Below, piece by piece: positions 33,971-35,863 of a stretch of 35,863 bases of DNA. This DNA comes from a virus (Duplodnaviria > Caudoviricetes): the IMG/VR virus record IMGVR_UViG_3300005573_000194, positions 1 through 35,863 of that record, one strand, 5' to 3'. The notes below the pieces were generated by a model. That model ran no database searches and was not told the DNA's origin. It saw nothing but the letters and a program-made list of their open reading frames with translations. Positions within the stretch are counted from its first letter, which is position 1, and each line of letters opens with the position of its first letter. A program made the position numbers and the translations under genes.

Positions 33971-35863
33971 ATGGCAAAAAAACAGAAAGAGGATTTAATA
34001 ACAGAGTTAACTTCCCATTATCGGGATTGGACTAACGATATATCCCAAAGAATAAACAGGAAGTTTGGGTGGAGGGATGTTACCGACACCTATTACGGCA
34101 TCCTGCCTTCCGATTGGCCGTTTGAAAGTAAAATCGTTGACCCAAGAGTGCGGACTATCCTTATTGAAAAAAACTCCAGGCTTACAGGTGGACGGATTAC
34201 CGGACGAGTTGTGCCGGTTGAGAATGCCGATGTCATAAAAGCACGAATACAACAAGCTTTACTTGACTACCAGTGGAGACGGGCAGAGGAGGGGGGCTCA
34301 ATGCAGACAAAACTTTCAATTTGCGACCTTGACACAAGATTGTATGGTTCTAAATTCGTTTTAGTTGAGTGGAGGGTTAGGAAAGACAAAGACGGGAATG
34401 TTTTATATGAAGGGAATGAAATAAAACCTCTTGATATAAGAGATTGTGGAATTGACCCAACCGCCTCTCACATAAGGGATGCCAAATGGTTTCAACTTCG
34501 CCAATGGGTGTTTTTGGATGATTTGGAAAAAGCCGTTGATAGTGAAGGAAAACCTTTATTTACAAATCTTTCTGTTATTAAGGAAAAATTAGAGAATAAA
34601 ATATCTGATACACGGACAGAATATAATCCAAGAGTGTTGGAAATTCAGGGGCGGGAAGACAGATTAGGAAAAGATAAAGCCTTTCCGATGATTAAGATTG
34701 TCACCGAATTTCGTTGGGATAGATGGATTACTTTTTCTCCAACCTATAAGGTGATATTGCGGGATATTCCCAATCCTTATGACCACGGAAAAATTCCAAT
34801 TGCCCAACTTCGCTACCACCCAATTCAAGATGACCCGTTGGGAGAAAATGAGGTTGAGCCAGTAATTCCTTTATGGCGGGCAATTCAAGCTTTGCTTTGC
34901 GGCTATATGGATGAGGTGATTTTAAAATTAGGTAATCCTTTAATTGCTCTTGAAAACGCATACCGTCCAGAGACAGTGGTTTTTTCACCTCATGCTATAT
35001 GGACGGTAAACAGACCAGATGCAATTACTCCTTTTAGATTTGATGCCAACTCCATTCAATACTTTCAATCAACCTATTTAGCCTTAACCTCTGCTTTAAA
35101 TACAGCAATGGGGGCGTTAAGTCAGGGAGTGTCCAATGTTGACCCAACCCAAGAAAAAAAGACAGCCACCGAAATTAGGGCTTCTGCAAGACAACAAACT
35201 GCTATTGACCAAAAAAACTTAACCGATTTGGGCGAGTTTTTAAGAGATGTTATTTCAATGTGGATTGCCAACAACCAACAGTTTTTATTCTCCGATGAAA
35301 GCAAACACTATCAGATAATTAAAGTTATTGGAAAAGATAACTGGGAGTTTTTCAAGAAAGCAGGATTTTCCGACACTGATATCCCAATTGAAGCCCAGCA
35401 AACGATTGCCGATATTATTGCCCAAAATCCAGATACCACCGAAGACCAACTACAAGAGATGATAGAGGCGGCTAAACTGCCCAAGCAGGCAGTTGTTCTT
35501 AATCCAAAAGAGAAAAATCCGGCTAAATATCAGTTTGCTCCAAAACTAAAGACTTCCGATATTGGTGATGAGGCAGATTTGTATATTACCAAAGAAGATA
35601 TTGAAGGGCAGTATGATTTTATACCCGATATTAGAATGATGACAATATCAGAGGGAGAGGAAAGACAGGCAGGAAGACAGGCAGCAATTTCCACCTTGAC
35701 AACTAACCCAGTTGTATTACAATTATTACAAGGGGAAGGATATAAACCAAAAATAAAGGAATTATTAGAGGCAACATTAGAAGATACGGGATTAAAAGAC
35801 CCCGAAAGATTTTTTGAAAAAATAAATGAGCAACAACCAATCCCACAAACAAATGCTTCAGGA
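33971..35863 (+). CDS. Portal protein (podovirus type), truncated at window end
   Basis: Frame from MAKKQKEDLITEL to the window end; absent from the ORF track, consistent with no stop; contains NPYDHGKIP and KKTATEI; follows terminase. Confidence 0.85.
   Translation, partial: MAKKQKEDLITELTSHYRDWTNDISQRINRKFGWRDVTDTYYGILPSDWPFESKIVDPRVRTILIEKNSRLTGGRITGRVVPVENADVIKARIQQALLDYQWRRAEEGGSMQTKLSICDLDTRLYGSKFVLVEWRVRKDKDGNVLYEGNEIKPLDIRDCGIDPTASHIRDAKWFQLRQWVFLDDLEKAVDSEGKPLFTNLSVIKEKLENKISDTRTEYNPRVLEIQGREDRLGKDKAFPMIKIVTEFRWDRWITFSPTYKVILRDIPNPYDHGKIPIAQLRYHPIQDDPLGENEVEPVIPLWRAIQALLCGYMDEVILKLGNPLIALENAYRPETVVFSPHAIWTVNRPDAITPFRFDANSIQYFQSTYLALTSALNTAMGALSQGVSNVDPTQEKKTATEIRASARQQTAIDQKNLTDLGEFLRDVISMWIANNQQFLFSDESKHYQIIKVIGKDNWEFFKKAGFSDTDIPIEAQQTIADIIAQNPDTTEDQLQEMIEAAKLPKQAVVLNPKEKNPAKYQFAPKLKTSDIGDEADLYITKEDIEGQYDFIPDIRMMTISEGEERQAGRQAAISTLTTNPVVLQLLQGEGYKPKIKELLEATLEDTGLKDPERFFEKINEQQPIPQTNASG

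Noticed and set aside
34007-35304. Three minus-strand ORFs
   Set aside because: Antisense shadows of the portal gene
1-35863. Stop-codon reassignment
   Set aside because: Genes are full length in the standard code and TAA, TAG and TGA all end genes; the split genes change frame rather than read through

Overview
Nearly complete, circularly permuted genome (~36 kb, AT-rich, standard code) of a podovirus-like tailed phage. The window starts in the 3' end of a probable scaffold gene and ends inside the portal gene. Plus-strand late module: major capsid protein (MCP) split by a group I intron carrying an HNH endonuclease, a glycosyltransferase/cytidylyltransferase cluster, adaptor, nozzle, ejection proteins, tail fibre, CHAP endolysin, holins, a second adhesin-like gene and a metallophosphoesterase. 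Minus-strand early module: O-like initiator with iterons, DnaB, lytic transglycosylase, ERF recombinase, nucleases and HTH proteins. Packaging module: ParB-methyltransferase, TerS, a two-gene TerL and portal. Leaderless promoters and scarce Shine-Dalgarno sites suggest a Patescibacteria/CPR-like host (inference). The most unusual signals are a modular multi-hairpin RNA at ~21370-21655, a six-copy promoter with an invariant 19-bp spacer, the intron-split capsid gene, an RNase H gene beside an unexplained purine-skewed structured region, and a repeated TTAAAAGTTA motif before start codons. Product calls come from motif recognition and synteny, not database searches.
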